Part shown: one piece after another, positions 8,201 to 22,200 of the stretch
How positions within the stretch are numbered: position 1 is the stretch's first letter
Layout of the letters: every line of letters starts with the position of its first letter
Origin: Escherichia phage vB_EcoM-BECP11
Sequence record: MW286157.1
DNA length: 64,000 nt
Direction: 5' to 3' (one strand)
Program-made: the position numbers and the translations under genes
The notes under the pieces: model-generated
The model's database searches: none
Seen by the model: only the letters and a program-made list of their open reading frames with translations
Told to the model about the DNA's origin: nothing

Positions 8201-9529
8201 ATGCAACTGAATAATCGCGATTTAAAAAGTATCATTGATAATGAAGCATTGGCTTATGCTATGTACACGGTTGAAAATCGTGCCATTCCAAATATGATTG
8301 ACGGATTTAAGCCAGTTCAACGATTTGTTATTGCTCGAGCTCTTGATTTGGCACGAGGAAATAAAGATAAGTTTCACAAACTCGCTTCTATTGCAGGTGG
8401 TGTAGCGGACCTTGGATATCACCATGGCGAAAACTCTGCACAAGACGCAGGTGCTTTGATGGCTAACACTTGGAATAATAACTTTCCTCTGTTAGATGGT
8501 CAAGGAAACTTTGGTTCTCGTACCGTCCAAAAAGCAGCAGCAAGTCGTTATATTTTTGCTCGTGTAAGTAAAAATTTCTATAACGTATATAAAGATACTG
8601 AATATGCTCCGGTACATCAAGATAAAGAACACATTCCGCCTGCTTTCTATTTGCCTATTATTCCTACTGTTCTTCTTAATGGTGTTTCCGGTATTGCAAC
8701 TGGTTATGCAACTTACATTCTTCCTCATAGTGTTTCTTCTGTTAAGAAAGCTGTATTACAAGCTCTTCAAGGAAAGAAAGTAACTAAACCGAAGGTAGAA
8801 TTCCCAGAATTTCGTGGTGAAGTCGTTGAGATTGATGGCCAATATGAAATTCGTGGAACATATAAGTTTACTTCACGAACTCAAATGCATATCACTGAGA
8901 TTCCGTATAAGTATGATCGTGAAACTTATGTGAGTAAAATCTTAGACCCACTTGAAGATAAAGGCTTCATTACATGGGATGATGCTTGTGGTGAGCATGG
9001 TTTTGGATTCAAAGTTAAATTCCGTAAAGAATATTCTTTGAGCGATAACGAAGAAGAACGCCATGCAAAAATTATGAAAGACTTCGGGTTGATTGAGCGT
9101 CGTTCTCAGAATATTACGGTTATTAATGAGAAAGGAAAACTACAAGTTTACGATAACGTAGTTGATTTAATTAAAGACTTTGTTGAAGTTCGTAAAACTT
9201 ATGTCCAAAAACGAATTGATAACAAAATCAAAGAAACTGAGTCAGCTTTTCGTTTAGCCTTTGCCAAGGCACATTTCATTAAGAAAGTAATTTCAGGTGA
9301 AATCGTTGTGCAGGGTAAAACTCGCAAAGAACTGACCGAAGAACTTTCGAAAATCGATATGTATTCTTCTTATGTTGATAAACTAGTTGGAATGAATATT
9401 TTTCATATGACTTCCGACGAAGCAAAGAAACTTGCTGAAGAAGCTAAAGCTAAGAAAGAAGAAAACGAATATTGGAAAACTACTAATGTAGTTACCGAAT
9501 ACACTAAAGATTTAGAGGAAATCAAATGA
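8201..9529 (+). CDS. 52: DNA topoisomerase II medium subunit (GyrA-like), 442 aa
   Basis: MQLNNRDLKSIIDNEALAYAMYTVENRAIPNMIDGFKPVQRFV, GyrA N-terminal signature; matches T4 gp52 as recalled. Confidence 0.9.
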   Translation: MQLNNRDLKSIIDNEALAYAMYTVENRAIPNMIDGFKPVQRFVIARALDLARGNKDKFHKLASIAGGVADLGYHHGENSAQDAGALMANTWNNNFPLLDGQGNFGSRTVQKAAASRYIFARVSKNFYNVYKDTEYAPVHQDKEHIPPAFYLPIIPTVLLNGVSGIATGYATYILPHSVSSVKKAVLQALQGKKVTKPKVEFPEFRGEVVEIDGQYEIRGTYKFTSRTQMHITEIPYKYDRETYVSKILDPLEDKGFITWDDACGEHGFGFKVKFRKEYSLSDNEEERHAKIMKDFGLIERRSQNITVINEKGKLQVYDNVVDLIKDFVEVRKTYVQKRIDNKIKETESAFRLAFAKAHFIKKVISGEIVVQGKTRKELTEELSKIDMYSSYVDKLVGMNIFHMTSDEAKKLAEEAKAKKEENEYWKTTNVVTEYTKDLEEIK

Positions 9530-9675
9530 GTCCATTCATAGGTATTACAAGCGCTGCATTAGTATCCGGTAGCATTTTACTGGCGGGTTTAGGTGTTGTT
9601 CCAGCCGTAGCAGGAGGTCTTCTTGCGTTCGGCATTCAACGTGTTATCATGACAGTTATCACAGTCATGCAGTAA
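9526..9675 (+). CDS. small membrane peptide (49 aa)
   Basis: ATGA overlap with gene 52 stop; Gly/Ala-rich hydrophobic product; followed by terminator 9682-9707. Confidence 0.4.
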   Translation: MSPFIGITSAALVSGSILLAGLGVVPAVAGGLLAFGIQRVIMTVITVMQ

Positions 9676-9681
9676 TTTTTA

Positions 9682-9707
9682 GGGAGAGCCTCGGCTCTCC
9701 CTTTTTT
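9682..9707 (+). terminator. rho-independent terminator after gene 52 and the small ORF
   Basis: GGGAGAG-CCTCGG-CTCTCCC hairpin followed by TTTTTT. Confidence 0.7.
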
Positions 9708-9733
9708 ATTTCAAAAATTTTTTTCACAAAACG

Positions 9734-9763
9734 GTTTACAACCAAAGCATACTGTGGTACTAT
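9734..9763 (+). promoter_or_regulatory. T4-type early promoter for motA
   Basis: GTTTAC 9734-9739, 18-bp spacer, TGGTACTAT; follows terminator 9682-9707. Confidence 0.6.
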
Positions 9764-9804
9764 ACAACTATCAACTACTGATACAGAATTACGGAGATTA
9801 GAAA

Positions 9805-10440
9805 ATGTCTAAAGTAACTTACATCATCAAAGCTTCTAACGATGTTCTGAATGAAAAAACTGCTGCGATTTTAATTACTATTGCTAAGAAAGATTTCATT
9901 ACAGCTGCAGAAGTTCGTGAGGTGCATCCAGATTTAGGTAACGCAGTAGTTAATAGTAATATTGGGGTGTTGATTAAAAAAGGCCTGGTGGAGAAATCTG
10001 GTGATGGATTAATCATTACTGGTGAAGCTCAGGATATTATTTCAAACGCAGCAACTTTATACGCACAGGAAAATGCTCCTGAACTGCTGAAAAAACGAGC
10101 AACTCGTAAAGCTCGCGAAATTACTTCTGATATGGAAGAAGATAAAGACTTCATGTTAAAACTTTTAGATGAAAATGGATTTGTTCTTAAAAAGGTTGAA
10201 ACTTATCGTAGTAACTATCTCGCTATTTTAGAAAAACGTACTCACGGAATTCGTAATTTTGAAATTAACAACAATGGAAATATGCGAATTTTTGGATACA
10301 AAATGATGGAACATCATATTCAGAAATTTACTGATATCGGAATGTCATGTAAAATTGCTAAAAACGGTAATGTGTATCTTGACATTAAACGCTCGGAAGA
10401 AAACATTGAAGCAGTAATCACTGTAGCATCTGAACTGTGA
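9805..10440 (+). CDS. motA: MotA middle-transcription activator (211 aa)
   Basis: MSKVTYIIKASNDVLNEKTAAILITIAKKDFITAAEVREVHPDLGNAVVNS matches T4 MotA as recalled; preceded by early promoter. Confidence 0.9.
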   Translation: MSKVTYIIKASNDVLNEKTAAILITIAKKDFITAAEVREVHPDLGNAVVNSNIGVLIKKGLVEKSGDGLIITGEAQDIISNAATLYAQENAPELLKKRATRKAREITSDMEEDKDFMLKLLDENGFVLKKVETYRSNYLAILEKRTHGIRNFEINNNGNMRIFGYKMMEHHIQKFTDIGMSCKIAKNGNVYLDIKRSEENIEAVITVASEL

Positions 10441-10450
10441 GGAATAAATA

Positions 10451-10780
10451 ATGAACAAGTTAGAAATTATCAATGAACTTCGTCGTTGTGCAGAACCTAC
10501 TCAAGAGGGTTGGGATATTTGGTACCATGGAGCTTATCTTGGAACTATTGTAAAGATTAAGACTGGTAAATACATGATTATTCGTGAAAGTAAAGATGCT
10601 CCAGTAGGTATTCGCAATAATTTCATGGCAGCGATAAGTTCCTTTACAGATGCAGCTTACGAAATTTACCTTGCCGATTATAAAGAATTCCAGGAATCTC
10701 AACCAGTTATTCGCTCAATTGGTGTTAACAAAGCTCAACAGAAAACTTTGTGGCAACGTATTAAAGGATGGTTTAAATGA
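10451..10780 (+). CDS. hypothetical early protein (109 aa)
   Basis: RBS GAGGAATAAATA; in the motA-to-arn early block. Confidence 0.5.
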   Translation: MNKLEIINELRRCAEPTQEGWDIWYHGAYLGTIVKIKTGKYMIIRESKDAPVGIRNNFMAAISSFTDAAYEIYLADYKEFQESQPVIRSIGVNKAQQKTLWQRIKGWFK

Positions 10781-11238
10781 ACCCATTTATCAATCGTTTA
10801 AAAATGCTGAATGTTCCTTTATCTCGTGAAACTCCAGAAAGTCTTGCTGAAAAATTTAAAGCGCATGGTTATAAATGCACAGAAGAAGATATTCTAAAAG
10901 AAGTTCCTGAAATATGTTGGCAGACTGCGTATTGGGATGAAAACCAAAAGTATCAGCGACGAATTGTCTGTGCAGCCAACCGTTTTAAATTAAAAGATGG
11001 ACGAACTCTTATTATTCCAGGTGCTCGTCATTATTCTAAAGATATGGCAGAAGTTTTAGATGTAGTTAAACCTCAATTAGTTACTCAACAAGTTTGTGAT
11101 GATGACCAAGGGTTTATTGACCAATATAGTAATTATTGGACACGTGAAGAAGCAATGATTATTGCAACTTACGCTGGACAAGTACGTATTGAACGTGGTG
11201 GTAGTGAAAAAGAACTTTACTCTGAGGACCTTTACTAA
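10777..11238 (+). CDS. hypothetical early protein (153 aa)
   Basis: ATGA overlap with upstream gene; no motif I can assign. Confidence 0.5.
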   Translation: MNPFINRLKMLNVPLSRETPESLAEKFKAHGYKCTEEDILKEVPEICWQTAYWDENQKYQRRIVCAANRFKLKDGRTLIIPGARHYSKDMAEVLDVVKPQLVTQQVCDDDQGFIDQYSNYWTREEAMIIATYAGQVRIERGGSEKELYSEDLY

Positions 11239-11534
11239 TGAATATTAAAAAGTTTCAAATCGATGGGATTATGAATCAAATTCAGGCACTGGAATATGCC
11301 AATAAAATGATGTCAACTAATTGGGGAATTTATGCGAATGAGCCAGCATTTAAATTTTGTGATATGGAATTTACCAAAAAGCTTGTAGGAAAAGATTATG
11401 TATGCCCATTTAGTTCTCCGGTAAATGGAATGCTAAAACCTGCTTTACGCGATCTTTATATTGCGATGAACGAAGAAATGATAAAAGAATTAAAACGTCA
11501 ACTGAAGGTGATTCAATTTGGCCAGGGAAATTAA
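11238..11534 (+). CDS. hypothetical early protein (98 aa)
   Basis: TAATG overlap with upstream gene (translational coupling). Confidence 0.5.
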   Translation: MNIKKFQIDGIMNQIQALEYANKMMSTNWGIYANEPAFKFCDMEFTKKLVGKDYVCPFSSPVNGMLKPALRDLYIAMNEEMIKELKRQLKVIQFGQGN

Positions 11535-11736
11535 TTCAAAATCTGATTATTTTAATTCTCTCAATGATAAAGATAAAAATCTAATAAGGCATTTTATTGT
11601 TGAGATGGGATATACTGATACACGTGATTTAAGAGAACATATATTTGAATGCGGTGTAGCTAAAAAGTTTTCATTCACATGCAAATGTTTAAGAGAGGTA
11701 ATTCAGCACTATGAACAATTTAGTCGCAAAACATAA
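11518..11736 (+). CDS. hypothetical early protein (72 aa)
   Basis: ORF overlapping the end of the previous gene; Cys-containing C-terminus. Confidence 0.4.
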   Translation: MAREINSKSDYFNSLNDKDKNLIRHFIVEMGYTDTRDLREHIFECGVAKKFSFTCKCLREVIQHYEQFSRKT

Positions 11737-11819
11737 TTTTAATAAAGCTTCTGTTCATAAGGATAAGAAGAAAGCGTTTAAAGAATCTAATCGCAAACAG
11801 AAACATAAGGGGAAGGTCT

Positions 11820-12098
11820 ATGATTATTGATTCTCAGTCTGTGGTTCAATACACAATCAAAATTGATATTCTAGAAAAGCTATATAAGTTTCTACCAAAT
11901 TTATACCACTCAATTGTTAATGAATTAGTTGAAGAACTACATCTCGAGAATAATGATTTCTTGATTGGAACTTATAAAGACCTCTCAAAAGCAGGATATT
12001 TTTACGTAATTCCAGCTCCAGGAAAAAGTATTGATGATGTATTAAAAACTATAATGATTTATGTCCATGATTATGAAATTGAAGATTATTTCGAATGA
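11820..12098 (+). CDS. arn: Arn anti-restriction protein (92 aa; McrBC inhibitor in T4)
   Basis: MIIDSQSVVQYTIKIDILEKLYKF... matches T4 Arn as recalled; RBS AAGGGGAAGG. Confidence 0.85.
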   Translation: MIIDSQSVVQYTIKIDILEKLYKFLPNLYHSIVNELVEELHLENNDFLIGTYKDLSKAGYFYVIPAPGKSIDDVLKTIMIYVHDYEIEDYFE

Positions 12099-12247
12099 GT
12101 CATAATCTTGAAAAAGTAATCGAGCATAATGTAGCTCAGGAACGTGAGTCGTTCAAGGAATTCGTAGAAAAAATTTTTGAAGAAAATAGCACAGACCAGT
12201 TTACAAATCAAACGTCTGATGATATTATAACAAAGTCAACTAATTGA
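12095..12247 (+). CDS. hypothetical small acidic protein (50 aa)
   Basis: ATGA overlap with arn stop; below the ORF-track length cutoff; overlaps the asiA promoter, so uncertain. Confidence 0.3.
   Translation: MSHNLEKVIEHNVAQERESFKEFVEKIFEENSTDQFTNQTSDDIITKSTN
12199..12228 (+). promoter_or_regulatory. T4-type early promoter for asiA
   Basis: GTTTAC 12199-12204, 18-bp spacer, TATTAT 12223-12228. Confidence 0.55.
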
Positions 12248-12259
12248 GTGGTATAGTTA

Positions 12260-12532
12260 ATGAATAAAAATATTGATACAGTTCGTGAAATTATTACTGT
12301 TGCGTCTATTTTGATTAAATTTTCCAGAGAAGATATTGTTGAGAATCGTGCTAATTTTATTGCATTTCTGAATGAGATTGGAGTAACACATGAAGGTAGA
12401 AAATTAAATCAGAATTCATTCCGTAAAATTGTTTCTGAATTAACTCAAGAAGATAAGAAAACCCTCATCGACGAATTCAACGAGGGTTTTGAGGGTGTAT
12501 ATAGATATTTAGAAATGTATACAAACAAATAA
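12260..12532 (+). CDS. asiA: AsiA anti-sigma-70 factor (90 aa)
   Basis: MNKNIDTVREIITVASILIKFSREDIVENRANFIAFLNEIG matches T4 AsiA as recalled; early promoter 12199-12228 upstream. Confidence 0.9.
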   Translation: MNKNIDTVREIITVASILIKFSREDIVENRANFIAFLNEIGVTHEGRKLNQNSFRKIVSELTQEDKKTLIDEFNEGFEGVYRYLEMYTNK

Positions 12533-13189
12533 TTATTTAGCCCTTCCTAATATTCTGGCCGCCTGAGCACATATTGATTCAAGGCGGTCATTACTTATAT
12601 GATCATTTCTATACCAGTACATGGTTATTGTTCCAGCATAGATATTATCCAAATTAAAATATGGACAACTGTACATGTAGTTTATTTCGGGAGTAGGCTT
12701 TTTAGTTGGTAAAAAAGCAAATTTTGAGTTGGAATAATAATGACGTCCATTTAAATGAACTGCATATTCATCCATAGTTTTATCAACAGGATATCCTCCA
12801 AGTGATTTTTCACTTATTGTTGAAGGTAATTTTCCTTCATATGCTATAATATCAACAAAATAGTTTAAGTTTTTAGGGCGGAAAGAATACACCGCACTAA
12901 AGTCTGCCTCAGATGATATGTGAACTATCTGGAGTTGTTCCAGGGCGACAGATTCAAAGCGTGCATTTCTTTCCTTTTCAATAATTTCACTGTATGTTTC
13001 ATACTTTGATTGCTTATAGTACTCAAAGAAACTATCTCCCCTATACCAAACAATCGCCATCATAAACAAAAGAATTACGACAGCTACCCGGGAAGCAAGA
13101 ACTTTCCCGGTAGCGTTATCTTTGAACAAGCGATCTAGAACACCAAATAGAATATCAGAGGGCGAAAATGATATTCTAGGTGCTGCCAT
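12533..13189 (-). CDS. t: holin T (218 aa)
   Basis: 218 aa with one N-terminal TM helix (VAVVILLFMMAIVWY) and a large periplasmic domain; matches T4 holin as recalled. Confidence 0.9.
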   Translation of the reverse strand: MAAPRISFSPSDILFGVLDRLFKDNATGKVLASRVAVVILLFMMAIVWYRGDSFFEYYKQSKYETYSEIIEKERNARFESVALEQLQIVHISSEADFSAVYSFRPKNLNYFVDIIAYEGKLPSTISEKSLGGYPVDKTMDEYAVHLNGRHYYSNSKFAFLPTKKPTPEINYMYSCPYFNLDNIYAGTITMYWYRNDHISNDRLESICAQAARILGRAK

Positions 13190-13219
13190 AGACCCTCCTT
13201 TTAAGGATATTTATTCAAA

Positions 13220-17360
<4,141 letters not shown>

Positions 17361-17368
17361 AAGTCCTC

Positions 17369-18025
17369 TTAATAATAGCCGAAATCTTGAACAGAATCCT
17401 TAATTACGATTTGGTCAAATCGCGGAACATGCGAGGGTTGAGATGCAGGATTCTGTGAAAAAAGGTTTGGCGCAGTTAAATTTCCTGTCATAGTGTCTCC
17501 AGAGCGTAATACTCTAGAGTTTACATTTGTTGTAACAATATTTATTGCTCCATCAACATAATCTTTTCTCGTAAGGTCATAATTATTTACTGGTGATAAC
17601 GAAGTTGCGCGTATTTGTGATGCTTCAATTACACCCTTTGAGCTAATATCTCCGTTTCGTGTGTTAATTACTACAGTTCTACCTGCTGCCCCTTGTGATG
17701 ATTTAAAGCCGATACCATACCATGAAACAATATCCATATTTGTAGTATCATATGTGGCATTATCACCAGGACCGGCAAAAATACCGTTGTCACCTGACCC
17801 AGCACCAGGAACAGTCATTCCTTTATTAAAAATTACTTTATTTAAATATGTACCACCATTAGCTTTAGAAACGAAATCGTTATCAGCAGCTTGTGGTTTA
17901 TTATATTCTGAATATATTTTAAATGATTTATAGAGTACATCGTCACCGGCTGGATTCAATGGAAAATTTCCTTGATGCCAAATGACAGAGCCTCCAGTTG
18001 TTGAACCTACTTTTAAATCAGCCAT
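17369..18025 (-). CDS. 36: long tail fibre distal connector gp36 (218 aa)
   Basis: synteny 34-35-36-37; size close to T4 gp36; late promoter upstream. Confidence 0.85.
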   Translation of the reverse strand: MADLKVGSTTGGSVIWHQGNFPLNPAGDDVLYKSFKIYSEYNKPQAADNDFVSKANGGTYLNKVIFNKGMTVPGAGSGDNGIFAGPGDNATYDTTNMDIVSWYGIGFKSSQGAAGRTVVINTRNGDISSKGVIEASQIRATSLSPVNNYDLTRKDYVDGAINIVTTNVNSRVLRSGDTMTGNLTAPNLFSQNPASQPSHVPRFDQIVIKDSVQDFGYY

Positions 18026-18048
18026 TGTATGCCCCTTTATTTTAATAG

Positions 18049-18056
18049 TATTTATA
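18049..18056 (-). promoter_or_regulatory. late promoter (TATAAATA on minus strand) for gene 36/37
   Basis: plus-strand TATTTATA about 25 nt upstream of the gene 36 start; preceded on the transcript by hairpin 18065-18082. Confidence 0.55.
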
Positions 18057-18064
18057 AAGAAAAA

Positions 18065-18082
18065 GGGAGCCCGAAGGCTCCC
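18065..18082 (-). promoter_or_regulatory. RNA hairpin after gene 35
   Basis: GGGAGCC-UUCG-GGCUCCC on the minus-strand transcript, between the gene 35 stop and the gene 36 late promoter. Confidence 0.55.
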
Positions 18083-18087
18083 TCAAT

Positions 18088-19203
18088 TTAAACTTCTCTA
18101 AATTCTTGCCCAAACACTTTACCAGTTTTAGACGATGCTTGCGTAGGAAGTACCATTATATCTGGAGGTGAAGCAGATTCGCAGATATAATTAACTCGAA
18201 TACCATTGACGCCAAACTCAGCAGGTTTTGAAATGCCGCCATTTCTTGACACTTCAGAAAAGCTTAAATTTCTCATACCGCCTTGACCCGCTTGTGCAGT
18301 TCTCTGTGCGTATATCGTAAATCCTACTGCATTTTCAGGAACAACTACATAATCTTCTTTTAATTCCCAAGACCCAGCTTGTCCGGTAAACTCAGCTTGT
18401 GTCGAGGAAATATATCCATTTGATGCATTATAAAAACGGATAGATATATTTGTAGTTCCAAGAGCAAGTAAATCAGCATCAGCATATAGTTGTGCTTTAA
18501 GATAAAGAACATCTCCAGGAATTAAATTATAGTCAGAAAGTTTACTTATTGCAGATGCTGTAGGTAGACGTGCAATTTCGTTATTAGTTCCACCAACAGC
18601 TGACATAAATTGCTCAACGCTTTCATATGTTCTTTTAGGAAATCCTGTCGCTCCAACATCTTCTAAACTGTCAAATACTACATCTAATATAGTTTGATAG
18701 TCATCTGTGCTTTTTCTGTTACTCAGTTTAACATGCTCTAGTGCGATAGCTCTTTTAGAAGAAGTGTAAAAGGCAGCATATGATACATCAAATCTTGACA
18801 ATAAAGAATCAGATGGAAAAGCAGATGTTCCTGCCGTTCTTAACCAAGATACTACTTCAGGAGGAAAATTAACCTTTCCGCTAGTTAATATGGCAACAAG
18901 TCTATTGCTTGAAAAAGAATTCATGAAACTAACAAAAGCAGCTGATGTAGTATCATTTGAAGTCGAAAAAACATATGACTTACTATCAACCAATGCTCCC
19001 GTGGAAGGGTCAAAAACTCTTAAATGAAGACCTGCACTAAATGTTTGACTTCCTACAGGATTATCCTGAAATTTAACGTATGGTCCTGCGGTAGAAAGCG
19101 GGCAAGAACCCGCTATACTTATTTTATATCTTACTGAATTGCTTTCCGATAAAAATGGCGTTTGGACATATCCTTGTCCAAACTCTGCCATAAATTTTTC
19201 CAT
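18088..19203 (-). CDS. 35: long tail fibre hinge gp35 (371 aa)
   Basis: synteny and size (T4 gp35 is about 372 aa). Confidence 0.85.
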   Translation of the reverse strand: MEKFMAEFGQGYVQTPFLSESNSVRYKISIAGSCPLSTAGPYVKFQDNPVGSQTFSAGLHLRVFDPSTGALVDSKSYVFSTSNDTTSAAFVSFMNSFSSNRLVAILTSGKVNFPPEVVSWLRTAGTSAFPSDSLLSRFDVSYAAFYTSSKRAIALEHVKLSNRKSTDDYQTILDVVFDSLEDVGATGFPKRTYESVEQFMSAVGGTNNEIARLPTASAISKLSDYNLIPGDVLYLKAQLYADADLLALGTTNISIRFYNASNGYISSTQAEFTGQAGSWELKEDYVVVPENAVGFTIYAQRTAQAGQGGMRNLSFSEVSRNGGISKPAEFGVNGIRVNYICESASPPDIMVLPTQASSKTGKVFGQEFREV

Positions 19204-19211
19204 AATACCTC

Positions 19212-22200
19212 TTATTCAACCCATTCAAATTTAACAGTTTTATTCACTGGGTCAGGAATAATGCGAACATTACCAATTCGTAAGAAATCACGAATAGTAA
19301 GATTACCCATTGTAGCATTATCAGATGGTAAAGCACCGATATCAGACGGTTGAGGAGGGTTACCTCCATCAAATACCTGAACAAAACTTGACCAAGAATT
19401 TTTGGTTTTCTGCCATGTACGTGTCCAGCGAGTGGTACGCGCTTCTGGCGTCGTTGGATAAGTAATCCAATCTTGGTAAAGCGAATCAAGTGTGTTACCA
19501 AACTGAGTCAGTGTACCAGGAGATTTAACTTCTTCGCCACGTTCTAAATATGGAAGACCAGTCACTTCATTAGTTTTTTCAACCATTTTAAAATAACCTG
19601 GGAACTGGTTATAAGTAGCTGAATCGTTAATATCAATTGACCAGAATCCTACAGTATCAGATGTTGGCGCACGTGTATATAAGTCAGATGTTTTAGTACC
19701 TTGAGAACGAATTCTCGAGTTAACAGTCAAACCACCTGAATTTATAGTAGCACCTTTGGCAATGATTAAGCCTTCACCAATCGTTACTTGGCCAGATGCA
19801 TTATTAATAGCTAATGGGCGTAATCCATTAAATCCACCAGTCTGATCACCCGATGCAGTAAGCATAAAATTCGTTACTGATCCATCATTGCGAACAATGA
19901 AACCGTAATTTCCGTTAATAGCACGGAAAGCATTTGCGCTTCGAGAAATAATTTCACCAGTTGCAGTGACTGAATTACCAAATGTTGCTACGCCATTTGC
20001 ATTCAATGTTCCTGAAGCATTAACATTTATCGGTGTTACTGTACCGTTGATATTAAATGTTATATTTCCGGCTTTATTGCGCTGAGAATAAAAATGACTA
20101 GATGTTTCATCACTAACTTCAAATACGGTAGAACGTGTTGTATCTAATTCCCCACTAAATTGATTTCCCCACACTCTAACAGTCATCGTTTGGGCTGGGT
20201 TTGTTCCAGTTTGAGGTCCTTTCTCAAAAATCAATCGAGTTGCTGTTCCAGCATTAGAAATAGTTAATGTACTATTTGCTGAAACTGATCCACCGAACGT
20301 AGCAGTACTAGATGATACAAGAGGGGCACTCAGATTCGTTTGTTGAGTTAAGGTTAGTGAACCATTAACCGTCTGCGCAATATCCCTACGAATGAACTGA
20401 GATGAATCTAGACCATCCAATAAATTACTATCTGCAGCTTTTGCTTTTAATGGCAAATAATTTGCTAATACACGGTTTAATTCATATGGTGATACTGCAT
20501 AGCTATTTTTCTCGTATAGCTCTAAGTCCTGAGTAGAACCGGCTGTATCATTACCAACGAATGTAATTGAACCAGATGAAGTTTTAACAAAGCCTCTTAC
20601 TGCAGTAGTAGCTGCCCAAGTAGGTTCACTCTGCACAATCCATTTTAAATTTTTTGGAGATACAGCAGTATTTGCCGATGTTCCAGCAACAGTTTCGGTT
20701 TGTGTTGCAACTTTAATAACACCTTCTTGTGCTTCAGTAGATTTAGTACCTAAAAGCTTTTTAGGAGTTATTAAAACATTATCTAATTTTCCAGCAGCAG
20801 CTTCAACTTGTGTAGCCACACGAAGTGTACCACGTTGTGTCTCATTTGCTTCAAGAATATTAAGGGTATAATGGTCCCAGAGAGTTCCTGATTCAACTAA
20901 TCCAGATAGAGCAACAACAGAAGTACGATCAGTACTATTAAATCTAGTTTTAATTTTTAATGGTGTAGAGATACGAGTATCGTCGACGCCTGCGTCGAAT
21001 TCAACTTGTGTAGCAATTTCAGCTATACCACTTAAACTTTCAGTTGCTCTACGGTCATTTAAAGTTTTAGGAGTGACTGCACGAGTATAATCAGTTCCTG
21101 TATTAACTTCACTTTGCGTAGCAATTTCAATTAAACCAATTCTTCCATCAGTTGATGTCTTTTTGTGTAACGTTTCTGGCGTTACAACCGCATTTGCCCA
21201 TCCTTCTTGACTTTGACCAGCAATTACTTCACTTTCAACTGCTAAAATTACTGCACCTTGCTGTGTTGGAGTAGCTTTATACTGATCCAAGGCTTTAGGT
21301 GAAACAACTAAGTTATTGGTGTTTTTATTATAAACATTCGTACCATTTAATTCGCGGCTAGAAGCTGGAGTAGCTCCTGCAGTAGATACAAAAGTTACAA
21401 TACCAGATAATGATTCAGAACCTTGGCGAGCTTGAAGCTTTTTAGGAGTGATGATTGTCGTATCATCGGTTCCTGCATTAGTTTCTTGCTGCGTAGCAAT
21501 TTCGGCAACACCTCTGCGAGTTTCAGTAGCTGTTCTTTCATTCAGCTTTTTAGGAGTGATGATAATATCATCAGCAAAAGAGAATGTAGTATCCTGGTTA
21601 ACTTGAGCAGTAGTTGCTATTCTTGCAATACCTCTACGAGTTTCTGTAGCAGTACGATTAGCTAACGTTTCTGGAGTAATTGCCAGTTCTTTTTGTGGAG
21701 AATTTTCTAGATCAGCATTAGCTTGAGCCTGTGTAGCTAAAGCAATTACGCCTAATCTTGCTCTAGTAGAATTATTTAAAGAGTCTACTCTTTCTACAGT
21801 TGGAACATTTTGCTGTACAACCCAATATTTTCCATCGGAATCTTCGATATAAGCAAGCTGTAAAACTGGAACATAATTGGTTTCGCCATTAAAAACTAAT
21901 TCTTGAACAGTCACCCATTTAGTTTCAGGTGGGTATTCTGAACGTTTTGGAAATTGCAGCAATTGAACTGAAGAAGCAATTTTATCTTCACCGGCAGCTT
22001 TGATTTTAACTGTTTGTCCTTTTCTCATATAATTCATGGAAATCTTAACAGTATCACCGATAGAAATATCAGTTGGAAGCTGAAGTTCAATTGTTTGGGT
22101 TGTTCCATTATTCGCGCCAAATACCATGACTTCTTCATTTGGACGAATATTAGAATTAGTCGTTATAATGCGTAAACGTGCTTTACTATCCCCGTCAAAC

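Noticed and set aside
19244-19501. Minus-strand 85-aa ORF overlapping the 3' end of gene 34
   Set aside because: An alternative frame within the gp34 C-terminal coding region. The gp34 frame is supported by its match to T4 gp34 throughout.
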